A stretch of DNA of 64,000 nucleotides from Antechinus flavipes. Taxonomy: Eukaryota. How positions within the stretch are numbered: the first letter of the stretch is position 1; each line of letters begins with the position of its first letter. Of this stretch, positions 1 through 12,084 are shown piece after piece. Where the stretch lies: NCBI RefSeq assembly GCF_016432865.1, contig NC_067398.1, forward strand, positions 352,656,001 to 352,720,000, read 5' to 3'. A program made the translations under genes and the position numbers. The notes beneath the pieces were generated by a model. It was not told where the DNA came from. It searched no databases and saw nothing but the letters and a program-made list of their open reading frames with translations.

Positions 1-43
1 TCACAAATATTATCTCAGAGCAACTATAAGGCACAGATTGTCT

Positions 44-190
44 TATTATCCCCATTTTTATAGTTGAGAAAACTGAGGCAGATTGGTTAAGTGATTTGCC
101 CAGAGTCACATAGCTAATAAGTGACTTGAGGATCATAATTGAACTTAGTTCTTCCTGACTCCAAGGGCTTAGTGCTTTATCCACTGTACT
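44..190 (-). mobile_element. CORE-SINE (MIR-family) fragment
   Basis: Antisense CORE motif cccatttttatagttgagaaaactgaggca...aagtgatttgcccagagtcacatagcta, followed by an antisense tRNA-like head (cctgactcc...tttatccactgtac). Confidence 0.75.
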
Positions 191-225
191 GCTAGAGCCT
201 CTGGAGGAAATGTTCTTTGACTTAT

Positions 226-444
226 TGTGGAATATTATGGAATAAGCCGCAACCATATACTGAATGTATGCTTTGGGATTTTTCCTTTGTTATAACTCAG
301 ACTCTCATACTGTACCAACAAAATTTTCCTTACCTAAACTATAAGTGGTATAACATAGAAATTATACTCAAGTATTTTCCTTAATCATCCTAGTATCAAT
401 ACATTCCTTTCTCCATTAATAAAAATCATTAGAAAGCTTCCACA
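226..444. mobile_element. Possible short solo-LTR-like element (TG...CA)
   Basis: Bounded by a 7-bp inverted repeat, TGTGGAA (226-232) and TTCCACA (438-444), with AATAAA about 20 nt before the right end. No target-site duplication is visible. Confidence 0.3.
256..426 (+). repeat. Direct repeat copy 1 (171 bp; copy 2 at 2414-2589)
   Basis: Manual alignment to 2414-2589 gives 5 substitutions and one 5-nt indel. The last 79 nt are identical. Confidence 0.97.
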
Positions 445-1635
445 GGGAGGGAATGCCTTTCTGAAGTACAAAATTTAGGAAACAAGATTTTATATCTTTC
501 TAACGAGACCTGTCAGGGCGCTCTGGAGATAAGATAAAATGTTAAATGTGGCACCAGGTGACTCAAACCAGAGATTTAAAAGTTGGCTGGGAGCCTGGCA
601 TTCCCCAAGTACTTCTTTGGACATAGCTAGCATCTTAGTCAAATCTATTTACTGTGCAGTTGCCATAAAGGTGAAGCAACAGGAGGTCTAGCTCTGAACC
701 TTGAGGATCTTATAAAATATTTAGGAAGGAAAAACAAATGGGCACTAAGTTGCTTAAAAATACTTTTAAAAATAACCTATCTCAGCAAGTGTGTTTACAT
801 GGTAGGCAGTCAGAAAATGTTGGTTGAATTGAAAAGTAAGATTGTGTCCTTCCTTAAAATTTTTACTTTCCTTTTGTTCCATTCTATCAAGGAAAGATTG
901 AGAGAGGGCAGGGAAGCTCTTTATGCAGCCACGCAGAACAATGCTTTCAATATGTTTCAGAGACCCAGACAGTTACTGTCATGAGTGCAATTTTGGAATC
1001 CTCAAGCATCTTCTATTAGTCTTTTCCCCCAATATTCCTCGGGATAGTTTAGAAGGACTTTTCTGGAAGACGATAAATGTTTCTGGGGAAAAAAAAACTC
1101 AGAAAAAGAAAATCCTCTCATCTGACTAAGAAATAATTGCAAACAAAAAGGCTTATTTTGAGTTTTATGTTCTCAGCGGCTCCCTCTCATCAATTTTTTT
1201 AAAGTTGTTTTCATGTCTCATAAATTACAAAGGAATTAAGTGTATCCCACTTGTCTTGCTTTTGCTTTTTTGGTTAGTCTTTTAATTTGGTTCTATTTCA
1301 TTATTTTTTAAAAATGCTCTCAATTCTCCTAGAATCACTAAATATGAGAGGTGCAAGGAACCATGGTATATATCTGATCTAATACATACATGAAGGGAAT
1401 CCCCACAAAGCTTTATTGAACAAGTGATATTCTATGAATGTGCCAAATCACCATCACTACCAACATCCCAACAGCCATTTTCCCTCAGACTTTGGTATAG
1501 AAAGTCCAGAACTCTGAGTCCAAGAAGTCAGGAAACAACAGTTCTTCCCTGAATATCAGCTCTGCCTTTATCCTGGTTCCCAAAGCCGGTACTGAGAGGA
1601 GCAATTCTTACACAAAAAGAGTATGCTAAATAAAG

Positions 1636-1812
1636 CAGGACTTCTTAAACTTTTTATACTTATGACACATTTTTGCCCAAGAAATTTTTATGTAACCCTA
1701 GACATTTAGGTATATAATCAAACATCTACTGATAATAAGTCATAATTTTGCAAACCTCACATTCAATTATGAGACCCTATATGGAATTGAGGCTCACAGT
1801 TTAAAGAACTGG
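1636..1812. mobile_element. Old hAT/Charlie-like MITE
   Basis: Degenerate TIRs caggacttcttaaac / gtttaaagaactg, length about 175 bp, flanks aaataaag / aaacaaaa resemble an 8-bp TSD. Confidence 0.5.
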
Positions 1813-1849
1813 AAACAAAAAGGGTGCTTATAAATTGAGGAATAGCTGA

Positions 1850-2255
1850 ATAAATTAGAGAATATTAATGTAATGGAACACTATTGTGTCATAAGAAATG
1901 ATGAAGAGGATGTTTTCTGAGAAACTTGGGAAAACTTGAATAAACTGGTATTGAATGAAGAAAGAATTGGGGAAACAGTCAATGCATTAACAAAGCTGCA
2001 AAAACAAGTTTTGCAAGCCACAAGAATTCTGATCAACACAATGACCAATCATAATCCTAGAGGACAGATGAAAAAGTATCTTACCCACTTCCTGACACAG
2101 AATGAGGCATATGTTTTTTAGACATGGCCAATGTAGGAATTTGTTTTGTTAGACAATATGTACTTCTTATAAGGGGGCTTGTTTTTCTTTTCCCCTGGTA
2201 AAAATGGGAGTGAGAGGAAGAATAAATTGAGTTTTATTAAAAGAACTTTTTAAAT
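1850..2255 (+). mobile_element. Old marsupial L1, 3' region
   Basis: ggaacactattgtgtcataagaaatgatgaa...gacatggccaatgtaggaatttgttttg is a typical L1 ORF2-end/3'UTR signature, shared with copies at 12.1, 16.5 and 47.6 kb. Confidence 0.75.
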
Positions 2256-2413
2256 AGAACTTAAAAAAAAACTTTCATTCTTACTACCAACTCTAATTGT
2301 TGACTAACTGGAGAAGGCAAGCCCCAAAATTCCTGGAAATATCAGTGCTTCCTAGATCCCTACCTTGCTTCTAGTCTGGTCCCAATAATCTCCCATCCAG
2401 TGAATCAGGATCT

Positions 2414-2589
2414 TATACTGAATGTATGCCTTGGGATTTTTCCTTTGTTATAATTCAGACTCTGATACTGTACTACACCAACAAAATTTTCCTTACCTAA
2501 ACTATAAATAGTATAACATAGAAATTATACTCAAGTATTTTCCTTAATCATCCTAGTATCAATACATTCCTTTCTCCATTAATAAAAAT
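2414..2589 (+). repeat. Direct repeat copy 2 (176 bp)
   Basis: Same alignment as copy 1. This copy carries the extra 5 nt TACAC. Confidence 0.97.
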
Positions 2590-2834
2590 GAGGAGACCTG
2601 GCAACAGCTTCTGACGCTCCCGTCTCCACCTTTGCCCAGCCACCCTTCCCTATGACCACCTCTTAGAATACTTAGATTCTTTCAAAGCTCACATCGAACA
2701 CAACTCCTCTGATCTTACCCAACTGAAAGTGACTCCTACAATATCATCTATGATTTTTAATATTTTGTTGTTTTTATATTTTATATATAATTTTTGTCTT
2801 ATATTTTGTTATATTTTGTTGCTTTTATGTTGTG

Positions 2835-3040
2835 TCTGACTCATTTTGACACTGTTTGAGATTTTCTTTGCAGAGATACTGGACTGGTTTGCCATTTCTT
2901 TCTGTAGCTCAGATGAGGAAACTGAGGCAAACAGGATTAAGTGATCCGCCTTGGGTCTCATAGTTAGAAAGTATCTGTGGCCAGATATTAACTCAAAAAG
3001 ATGACTTCAGGCCCAGAAATCAATCCTCTGAACCACTAGT
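2835..3040 (-). mobile_element. MAR1-like SINE (CORE plus RTE-like tail)
   Basis: Antisense tail gattttctttgcagagatactggactggtttgccatttc followed by CORE gatgaggaaactgaggcaaacagg. Confidence 0.75.
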
Positions 3041-3044
3041 TGAC

Positions 3045-3195
3045 CTTATTTTTTATACATGTTTATGTGAATATGTTGTTTCCTCATTAAAATGTAAGTT
3101 CCTTGAGGACAGGGACTATCACTTTTTCATCTATATCCTAAGTGACTAGTACAATCCTGGCCCTTAGTAAATGCTTTTTTTGATTGGATGAATAA
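3045..3195 (+). mobile_element. L2 3' end
   Basis: tgtaagttccttgaggacagggac...cttagtaaatgc...gattggatgaat is the canonical L2 terminus. Confidence 0.75.
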
Positions 3196-3604
3196 ATTGA
3201 GGGAACTGGATATTCTCAAATATTCTTTTCAACGCTATGATCCCAGTTAAATTAGAAAGACCCATCTAATAACAACATTATCTTGAATGTGGCTTTATAC
3301 AGAGGTCTATTTGGCAATCATAAATGGAACAACTCTTTATATCAACGTAGTTTGGCATGACTTGAACAATGAAGGCAGCCACAAGGAAGGTAAATTGATG
3401 TCAAGGTGTCAAGATTTTGACTTTGATAATTCTGATAGATTGAATTATCAATGTTTAAAATTCTGAATTCAAAGAAGAAACGTTGATAATAAATAAATAA
3501 TGAATGATAAAAATTGATAAAATGACAAATTACACATTAAGCTACTAAAGAAAGATCTCAGAATCTTTTTTCATCATTTACTTAACAATGTCTGCTTTGT
3601 ATTT

Positions 3605-3850
3605 AATGATAGCTATGATTTATTTAGCACCTTTCATTTTGCAAAGTACTTTACAAGTATTATTTCATTTTATCTTTACAACAACTCTGACAGGGAGGTA
3701 TTATTATTATACTCATTTTACAGATGAGGGAATTGAGGCAAGAAGGGTAAGTGATGTGGCTAGTATGTGTTTGAGACTAAGTTTGAACTTTGGTCTCTTG
3801 TTTCAAAGTTTAGTGCTTTATGCCTTGTACCACCTCTATTGCTGCTTCAC
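3605..3850 (-). mobile_element. MIR/MIR3-family SINE
   Basis: tttgcaaagtactttaca...cattttacagatgagggaattgaggc, with an antisense head. Confidence 0.75.
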
Positions 3851-3984
3851 TCAATGAAATTTAACAATTCCTCTACCTTCTTTCCTTGTTTTTTCCCCTA
3901 ATGGAATGGAATTGAAAAATGTGAAAGTGAGGATAACTTAAAATGTGGATTAGTAAAGAGAAAAGCCTAAATGGAATTATTTTT

Positions 3985-4270
3985 TTAATTAATTAATTTT
4001 AAATTTATGGAATAAAACAAGTATTTCCATGACATAAAAAGATGATCATGAAATTGCAAAAATAGCAAAACTGTTATTCTTTTAAAATATATATAATAAA
4101 GTAATCATATAATTTTTTTGTCATTTCCCCCCCTTTTTTCTTACCACCCTCCCTAAAGATGGCTATCATAAGACACAAATAGGTTCTGTGTGTGTATATG
4201 TATACACATACAAAATACACACACACATATAACATATATACAAAACTATTCTATATGTATTTCTACTTAT
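3985..4270 (-). mobile_element. L1 3' UTR fragment
   Basis: Reverse complement resembles the L1 terminus at 46100-46330 and includes a TA/CA microsatellite. Confidence 0.55.
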
Positions 4271-5704
4271 TAGTTCTTTAGTATTGATTAAGGTCACTTA
4301 TCAAGGATTTTGGGAAATTCTAATAGGGCTCTTTTGCTAAAAAACTGAGAAGTCAGTTGCAATGTAGGGTCAACTGAGAAAAGTTGCTTTATGAAACTAA
4401 GCCATCTCATCCTGCCTTTTGCCTCTGTGACTTCCTGTGGATTAGACAATATTGCCCTTACAATTAGTTTATAAGAGTGGCATTCTAAGAAACAGAGATG
4501 AAGTGGGAATATATTCCAAACACAGGGATAGGCTTTGCAATGCAAAAATGGGAATGGAAATACCATGTCATGGAAAGGTTGTGATCTGTGTCACAGAGCA
4601 GTAACCACACAACAATGAAATTTTGCTATGAATACTGCAGGATCCCAAGGAGACTGCACTTATATTATTGCACTTAATACTAAGATTAGTATTTCTAAAC
4701 CATAAGGGCCAGGAGCTTGCCAGTTGGTAGTACATCTTAACTAAAGGGCAAGGGTCAGCCATTGTTTTGTGCTTTAGCCTTTGTCATTTGACAGCTGGTA
4801 AAATGAACAACATAGCACTGAATTCCAAAGGTCTACTCTTGTTGCCAAAAGCTCAGATTACATCAGTTTGTCTGTATTCAGATCCCTGGTACTCATAATA
4901 CAAACTTTATACCAAAATCATCAACATGATAAATTCAGAACCAACACAGAAAAGCCAAAAGAAAAACGTCACTATGCGTGAGGGAACAATACCATAGTTT
5001 CTAGTTTCTTATCTATGACTAACAACTGGTTGTTTGACCCGGGAAAGTCATTTCACCTTAAACACTAAGACTGGCTTAGCATCTGAATCTTGTCTTCAAT
5101 TATTTAAAAAGCTGTTATATGGGAAAAGACTCTACCATCTCCCTCAACTCTTATATATCTTAAACTATAGACCCATCTAAAAGTCCCTGCTCCAGCCTGT
5201 CTCCCAGTTTTCTTAAGTCTCTAAAAGTTCAGAAGACTTCCAAATCTCTCCAGATATTCATATACTCAACCCAGATGAGAATAAGGTTCCTTTATTGGTC
5301 CTCCATCCCACCTGCTTCCTCTGTATTACTTCTTACTTCCTTACCCCATGCTCATGAGACAATTGTTTTTACCTTTTTCTTCCTAATTTTGTTTTTTAGA
5401 ATCATCCCATCACATGCAATTCAGCATCAACCTTTCTTTCAAACTACCTTAGTAATGATGACAGTTTTAAGAATGCTATATTTTAAAAATAATGAAACCA
5501 GGAGGCATGGACAGGAATTATCAAGAGACAAGAGTTCTACTTAAAGCAAGAAAAACTTCTTGACAATTAAAGTTTGTAGGAAATTAATTGTGCTCTTTTG
5601 ACTACGTAAGGGTATCTTGTGGTGGAATGTTTCAAAGGGGAAGATAGAGTGCACTGAGTCATGTGTAGTTGTGGGAGGTGCTCTGAGTTATGTGTAGACA
5701 CTTT

Positions 5705-5888
5705 CAGGGGTCCTCAAACTATGTCTCGCAGGCCAGATGCGGCAGCTGAGGACGATTATCCCCCTCACCCAGGGCTATGAAGTTTCTTTATTTAAAGGCC
5801 CACAAAACAAAGTTTTTGTTTTTACTATACTCAAACAGTCTGAGGGACAGTGAACAGGCCCACTATTTAAAAAGTTTGAGGACCCCTG
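5705..5888. mobile_element. Non-autonomous hAT MITE, OC1 (OposCharlie1)-type, 184 bp
   Basis: Perfect 16-bp TIRs CAGGGGTCCTCAAACT / AGTTTGAGGACCCCTG. The right flank ctctagat fits the hAT NTCTAGAN target. The OC1 assignment is from recall of the consensus. Confidence 0.88.
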
Positions 5889-6570
5889 CTCTAGATTAAT
5901 GAAGGAATATGGAGAAGTGTGAGAGCAAGACTAAGACAATCCTTGTATGCCTTACAATTATATTTATGGTTCATCTGCAAAAACTCCTTTGACAAATTCT
6001 ACTGGTCAAGACTCAGGGAAAGGAACTTTCAATTGGAAGTAATTTGGGCCCACAAATGTTAGAGTCTTCAGAATCTGCCCATTAGCATTAATAACAAATA
6101 CGTATTACATCAGTGTGCCCTTTACTTGTGGCATTTAATGAGAACAGTGGCTCACTTTCCTTAATACAGACTGAAATGTATCATCACCAAGGTATTGACT
6201 GCAAAATCACAAAGCAGAAAGCAATAGAGCATTGAGGAGGAGGGAAAGGAGAAAAAGGGTGCAGTTAGTGGTCTGGACATGTCCAAATGGAGCCTGTTTT
6301 ACCCTAGTCATACTTGGACTAGATGAACTCTGAGGTCTTTTTTAGCCTTAAATGGATGACCCTATGAATCACTGACTTCCATAAAAGAAAGGAGCTATAA
6401 AACAAAAGAAATGAATTGAGGTAGGGAAAGTTAAAAGGATGAGAACCATAGAAACAGGAGGGGACAACTAGAAAGCAAACTAAATGGAAATTACCAACTC
6501 TTAATCAGAGCTAGGTCCAAGCCTACCATGGATAGGTAAGAGAAGTGCTATCAGAAATAAATGCTCAAAT

Positions 6571-6683
6571 GAAGAAGAAAGAAGAAAAAAAGAAGGAAAG
6601 AATAAAGAAAAAAGAAAATGGAAGAAGGAGGAGAAGGAAGAAGAAGAGAATAAGAAGGAGGAAGAAGAGGAGGAAGAGGAAAA
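6571..6683 (+). repeat. Polypurine (GAA/GGA/AAAG) simple repeat
   Basis: About 110 bp of almost pure A/G. It explains ORFs 6545..6742, 6551..6787 and 6565..6813. Confidence 0.95.
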
Positions 6684-7084
6684 AAACCAATTGTTTTTGT
6701 ATGTTTAAAGACACAAAATCCCCCAAGGAACATATGAACTGATAATGTGAAGGACAACAAAGAGAAAGGGCTCTCAAACAAGGACACATAAAGGGAAATT
6801 TAGATATTCCCACAAAGTTACTAACTAGTACCTATTTTTTCCTGTACCTTTCACAGTCATTAAAAAATGGTCTGCATTTTATATTCCTTCCATGGAAAAG
6901 TAGATTCCATTTTGGATTTTGAATCAAGACATAAGCCTGAGTACCAGAATCACAAAGATGGTGATATTATATGTTTGCCTCTAATACCAGCCGAATGTAT
7001 GACTCAGGGCAAGCCATTTAACTTAGTTCTCTAAATATCAGAGAAAGTGGTCAACGTGTCCTGGTATAGGGGAAATTTCCATTA

Positions 7085-7340
7085 CAAATGATTTAATAGT
7101 ATTATTTATCATTTATATATCATTTTAAGATTTGCAAAATACCATGTTTAGCTTATCCCATACAATCTTTACAATAACTTCATGAGGTAGATGCTGTTAT
7201 CTCATCCCAATTTTACACATGAAGAAATTGAGGCTGATAGAATGTAAATGATCTGTCCAGAGTCACACAGCTAGTAACTGTCTAAAGAAAGATTTAAACT
7301 CATCTTAACTGATTCTAAGAGCAGCATTCAAATTACTGTG
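7085..7340 (-). mobile_element. MIR-family SINE
   Basis: gaggtagatgctgttatctcatcccaattttacacatgaagaaattgaggct...agtcacacagctagtaa. Confidence 0.75.
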
Positions 7341-7809
7341 TGACTTTGACTCCCATTTTCTACTTCAGACATACTATAGGGCGTCTAACTGTGACTTTGG
7401 ATACTTCACATTTTTGATCTTTAGATTCCCTTATTATAATGAGAATGTTGGATGAAGTGGTGTTTCAAGTTTTTTTTTTTTTTTTTTTAAGATTGAACAT
7501 TCTAACATTCCTTGATTTTATAAATTCTGCTACAGGTTCTTCATTATTTTGCAATTAACACACATTACTTATTTAATTTATTTAATAGCCAGTTACCAAC
7601 CAAGTCAGTAAGATTTATCCAGTAGTTATCTTCCCCTGGCACCCCACACATACTACTCCTTTCCCTCAATAATTAAATTAAAACTGACAATCACACAGAG
7701 TAAACACTTAATAAATGCTTTATTGATCTATCTGTGGTTCTACTCATAATCCTTATGCCTGCTTAGACATGGGGTTCAGACATTTGTTTATTTTTTAAAT
7801 AGTTTGCTA

Positions 7810-8045
7810 ACTATGTACGTGTAATCATTTTTCAAGCATGTCTGACCTTGACCTCATTTAGGGTTTTCTTGGAAAAGATATAAGTTTGCCATTTCCTTTT
7901 CCACATCATTTTACAGATGAGGAAACTGAGGCAAACAGGATGAAGTAACTTGCCCAGGGTCCCACAACAGTCAATGTCTGGATCTAAATTTGAACTCATG
8001 AAGATGAGTCTTTCTCACTTCAGGACCACTATCCCACCTAATTGT
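7810..8045 (-). mobile_element. MAR1-like SINE
   Basis: gggttttcttggaaaagata...tttgccatttcc...acagatgaggaaactgaggcaaacagg...gaactcatgaagatgagtct. Confidence 0.8.
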
Positions 8046-8049
8046 CCCT

Positions 8050-8210
8050 TTGTTAACTATATTTCAATATAACTGGTTTCTTTTGTGATTCTATGTATTA
8101 TATTTCATGTACTTGGAAACAATGTTCTAAGTAGTCCAAAAGCTATACCAGATTGTCAAAGGGGTCCAGGAAATGCTTTAAAAAAAAAGGTTAAGAACTT
8201 CTGACCTAGA
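8050..8210. mobile_element. hAT MITE fragment (same family as 24315-24483)
   Basis: Shares tttcaatataactggtttcttttgtgattctatgtatt and the ggttaagaacttctg end with the 24.3-kb copy. Confidence 0.5.
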
Positions 8211-8547
8211 GTAAAACTCCCTTCCTTGACAGCCACTCCCCCATAAGTTTTGAACTCCCCATCTGAATGTAAATTTTTAATATAAAATGCATGGTTTTGT
8301 GTTGCCTTTTTTTTTTTCATTTTTGCTTTATATTTTTGGAACCTAGAATAGTTCTGAGAGCTTATGATAGCCACTTACTAAATGTCTATTGATTGATGGA
8401 TCCACTTTACTCAAACTACCTGGAGCACAGAACACCTTCATTTTTCCAAAAAAAAAAAAAAAAAAAAAGAGATTGCCTACATGGAACAACATGGAACATT
8501 CACCAAATCAGTAGCTGAACCAAGACAGAGGAGAAAAAAAACTTTAC

Positions 8548-8674
8548 CTTCTGTTAAATTTCCTTCTCTCTTTCTGAAATCCACTCCTAAGACATCAGTA
8601 TGATACCTTTCCCTGTATCTTACGAGGGAACTACTCTGTAGAAGATACCGTTCCTATTTCAAAGAGTACACTAT
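8548..8674 (-). other. Candidate non-coding exon
   Basis: Acceptor TCCTCTCTCCTTTTCTTCATGTGTAG| and donor AAG|GTAAAG flank 127 nt of non-repetitive sequence with retained CpGs. All three frames contain stops. Confidence 0.4.
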
Positions 8675-10119
8675 CTACACATGAAGAAAAGGAGAGAGGA
8701 ATCTTTGTTAATATATCTAGAAATAATATAATCCCACTTAGCTTAATTCTTTTCACCCAAGTGAAGTCATATATCACAGAAATAAATACTAGCAGGACAT
8801 AGTTTGAGTGGAAAAGTCAAGTGACTTATGAACTAAATCATGAGATACAAGTTTCATTACATTGCATGAATAAGCTTTGGTTATTGCAAAAGACATGACC
8901 TTCTCCCAACAAAGTAGAGGTCACAGTTCCTTCATTCAGCTGCTACTTCATAAGCCCTTGACAATTAGGTTTTCCAAGTTGTTCATTTTGCTGTTTAACC
9001 AAAAAACAAAAGGATGAAATCCTTTAATAAAAACCAAGCTAGAAGGAGTCCTACCTTTCTCTGACCTCTCCACTTGTCTAGAAAGCTCTTGCTCTTACAT
9101 CTTTGACCTGTCCCTGAGAATCAGAAACATCTGTTCAGAATCCCATGTTAACTTAACTCTTTCCTTTCTAACACAAGGAATTTCTGTCACCAGGGAAGAA
9201 AACATTTTAAAATTTTGTGTGAACCAAAGACAAGTCACTTGGCTCTTAGTTGATACTTCCAGGTGATAAAAAAACCTATCAACCAAAAAAATCAGTCCTC
9301 CAATAAATATTTTGAGTTCCCACTGGTGTTCAATACTGTTCTAGCCATGAACAATAGGATCATAAAGCTGGAAGGAGCTTTACAGAACACCTAGCCCAAT
9401 CTTGTTTTACATATGAGTAAACTTAGGCTCTAGAAAGATGAAGTGACAGATATGTAAGATACTGTGCTACTGAGCACAACTGCACAATCTACTTGGAGAG
9501 ACTAGATGGACACACATTAAGGAATAAAAGTTATGGGAAATCCTCAAGAATATTTAAATCACTCCAAACATAGCTAGAGCATAGAAATAGAATAGAATAG
9601 AATATAGAATAGTAATTATATAAAATGATGCTTTTCTGCACACAGGTAGACTATCTCAATTCATTCTGTACCTTACATATATAGTCTCTTACTAAATGTT
9701 TATCAAGTTGAACTGATGATGTCAGAGCTTTAAGAAGAATTTGTAAATGTAGGATTAGGTCTCTCTTCAAGTAAACTAGTCATTCCCTAAGAATTGCTCA
9801 GCAGTGGCTAGTAACAAATATAGATTTTATAAATATCTTTAAATTATATACATCCTATATTTCACATCTGAATTCCTGTCAAGTTTTTCCAGCATCTGTG
9901 AGCTAGGCTTAAGGTAAGGCATAGGGGCAACCTCCCTAAAGTACAGGTCAACCATTCTTTATTTAATAGATACATTTCAGAAAGATTGTGGAGAGATTAA
10001 ATTTTTATAAAATTGATCATGTTTAAAATGAATTTCTATTTCTTCCCATTAAAATGAACTTTCTGATTTCTTTTTCATGTGAATCTTTCATGCAATCAAT
10101 CACATGGATCTATTTTAAT

Positions 10120-10370
10120 AAAGACTAACATTTATATAGTGCTTTAAAGTTTGCAAAACACTTTTCATATTTTATCTCATTTGACCCTCAACACTATGAA
10201 GTAGGTGCCATTATCATCTGCAGATAAAGAAAGTGAGGTATACAAAAATTACTCAAATAGACTGGGCTAGTTGGTTTTAAGTTAGAAAGTGTCTGAGGTA
10301 GAATTTGAACACAGTCTTTCTGGTGTCAAGTTCTGTGCCGTAACCACTAAACCCCCAAGACATTTAATAA
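10120..10370 (-). mobile_element. MIR/MIR3-family SINE
   Basis: taacatttatatagtgctttaaagtttgcaaaacacttt...gcagataaagaaagtgagg. Confidence 0.7.
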
Positions 10371-11199
10371 ATGCCATTTTAGCAGAGGAAGCAATCAAGT
10401 AGGAAATGAATAATTCACGAGGTCCATTAATTGGTCTTCCCTCCTGGACATATCACATAAAGCAAGGGGCACTGGCCCAGGTGCTGAGAGGATAGACATT
10501 GTTTTAAAGACAGTCCTTAGCTAGTTAAAACTCCTACACTTGAGCCTGAATTTGAGTTTAGTTCAGTTAGTGCTCAGTGAATATGAACAAATATTTGAAG
10601 GAGAGCAGTAGAATGCCACTTAACAGTTCTCAAACAGAACTATTTCCATAGCTTATCAGTGGTAACCATGGTACTTAGGGTTTTTTTTTTTTTAGTTGAC
10701 AATTTTTATACTTTTGAAACTGTATATAGAATGGCTAGATGGATTGGTTGGTAGAATGTTGACCCCAGAGTCAGGAAGACTCATCGTTATGAATTCAAAT
10801 TCAGCCTCAGACAGATACGTGTGTGTGTATGAGCATACACTCATAATGTACATATATATGCATATGTATATATGCATATATATGTACATATGTATAATCT
10901 CCAAAGTGTTCATTTTCATTTATATAAGATCATAGATTTAGAGCTATAAAGCACCTTAGATACTATCTAATCTATTTTAGCTCTTAATTTTATAAATAAG
11001 GAAACTAAAACCTAGGGTTAGATGACTTGTACAAGATTACAAAAGTACAAAGAACTCAAGTTCTTTGAATCCTGGGTAAGTCCTTATATTGTCCTATAGA
11101 TATTATGATCATTTACTTGGATTTGCACAAAAAGTGTGTATGGACATGAAAACTCACTATTTTTGGATTTTAAGGAGCTGTTCATCTAATTTTTAAAAA

Positions 11200-11497
11200 T
11201 TGGGGGTATAATGGATAGAGCACCAGGCCTGGAGGCAGGCAGACTTATCTTCTTGAGTTCAAATCCAGCTCAGACATTCTTTAGCTAGGTGACTCTGGGC
11301 AACCCTGTTTGCCTCAGTTTCCTCAGTAAATTATGTAATTTTTTTACATAATTAAATGTAATTTAATGTATTACATTTACATGTAAATGTAAAATGAGCT
11401 GAACAAGAAAATGGGAGATCATTGCAGTGTCTTTGCAAAGAAAATCTCAAATGGAGTCACAAAAGCTTAGACAAGACTAATCAGCTAAATAACAACC
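11200..11497 (+). mobile_element. MAR1-like SINE with an internal palindromic insertion
   Basis: Head tggatagagcaccaggcctggag, B-box gagttcaaatcc, CORE gcctcagtttcctca, tail ctttgcaaagaaaatctcaaatggagtcac. Confidence 0.85.
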
Positions 11498-12084
11498 TTC
11501 TTTTTAACACCACATCTAACCTCCCTCCCCCCTTTAGTGCCTACTTAGATAACCACTATTATTTTTTTTTTAACAAAGATTAAGAAAGGAGGGAGAAAAC
11601 AGTCCAAAAATATAGGCAGAGTCTGAGAGTATACAGTTATTCCATATATATAGAGAGACCATCTTTTCAAAGAAAGGAACACAGCACATTTTCTCAATTT
11701 TTTCTAATCCAACCTTGATCTTTAGAATTACATGGGAGTTATATAATTTAAAAGTAAAACAGAGTCATCATTTATTTCTGAAGAGAAAGTCCCTGGGCAT
11801 GATAAATTTTTTAAGGATTCTAATCATTTGAGATGGTGCATGTACTTCCAAACCTCAGTGAATTTCTATATTTGTCTAATATTCAGCCCAGCACTTAATC
11901 AGATCTTTTGCTTAACTTTCCTTCTTAACTTTTTTCTCTCCCTTCTTTCTTCTCTCCAGACTTTGTTTTCTCCTTCTGTATTTGATTGTCTCTCTACTTT
12001 TTTTCCTTTCTTCCTTCTCTCTCCTTCATATAGCTGGTCATGGTGTGAATCTGTATATTTATTTTGAGAAAAGCAGGTGATCAC

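Noticed and set aside
6273-6284. p53-type half-sites (GGACATGTCC here; AAACATGTTT at about 34345)
   Set aside because: Only single decamers, with no correctly spaced second half-site.
6545-6813. Lys/Arg-rich and Phe/Leu-rich ORFs
   Set aside because: They are translations of the polypurine repeat. The same applies to 11828-12087, 20187-20561, 45448-45852 and 56206-56430.
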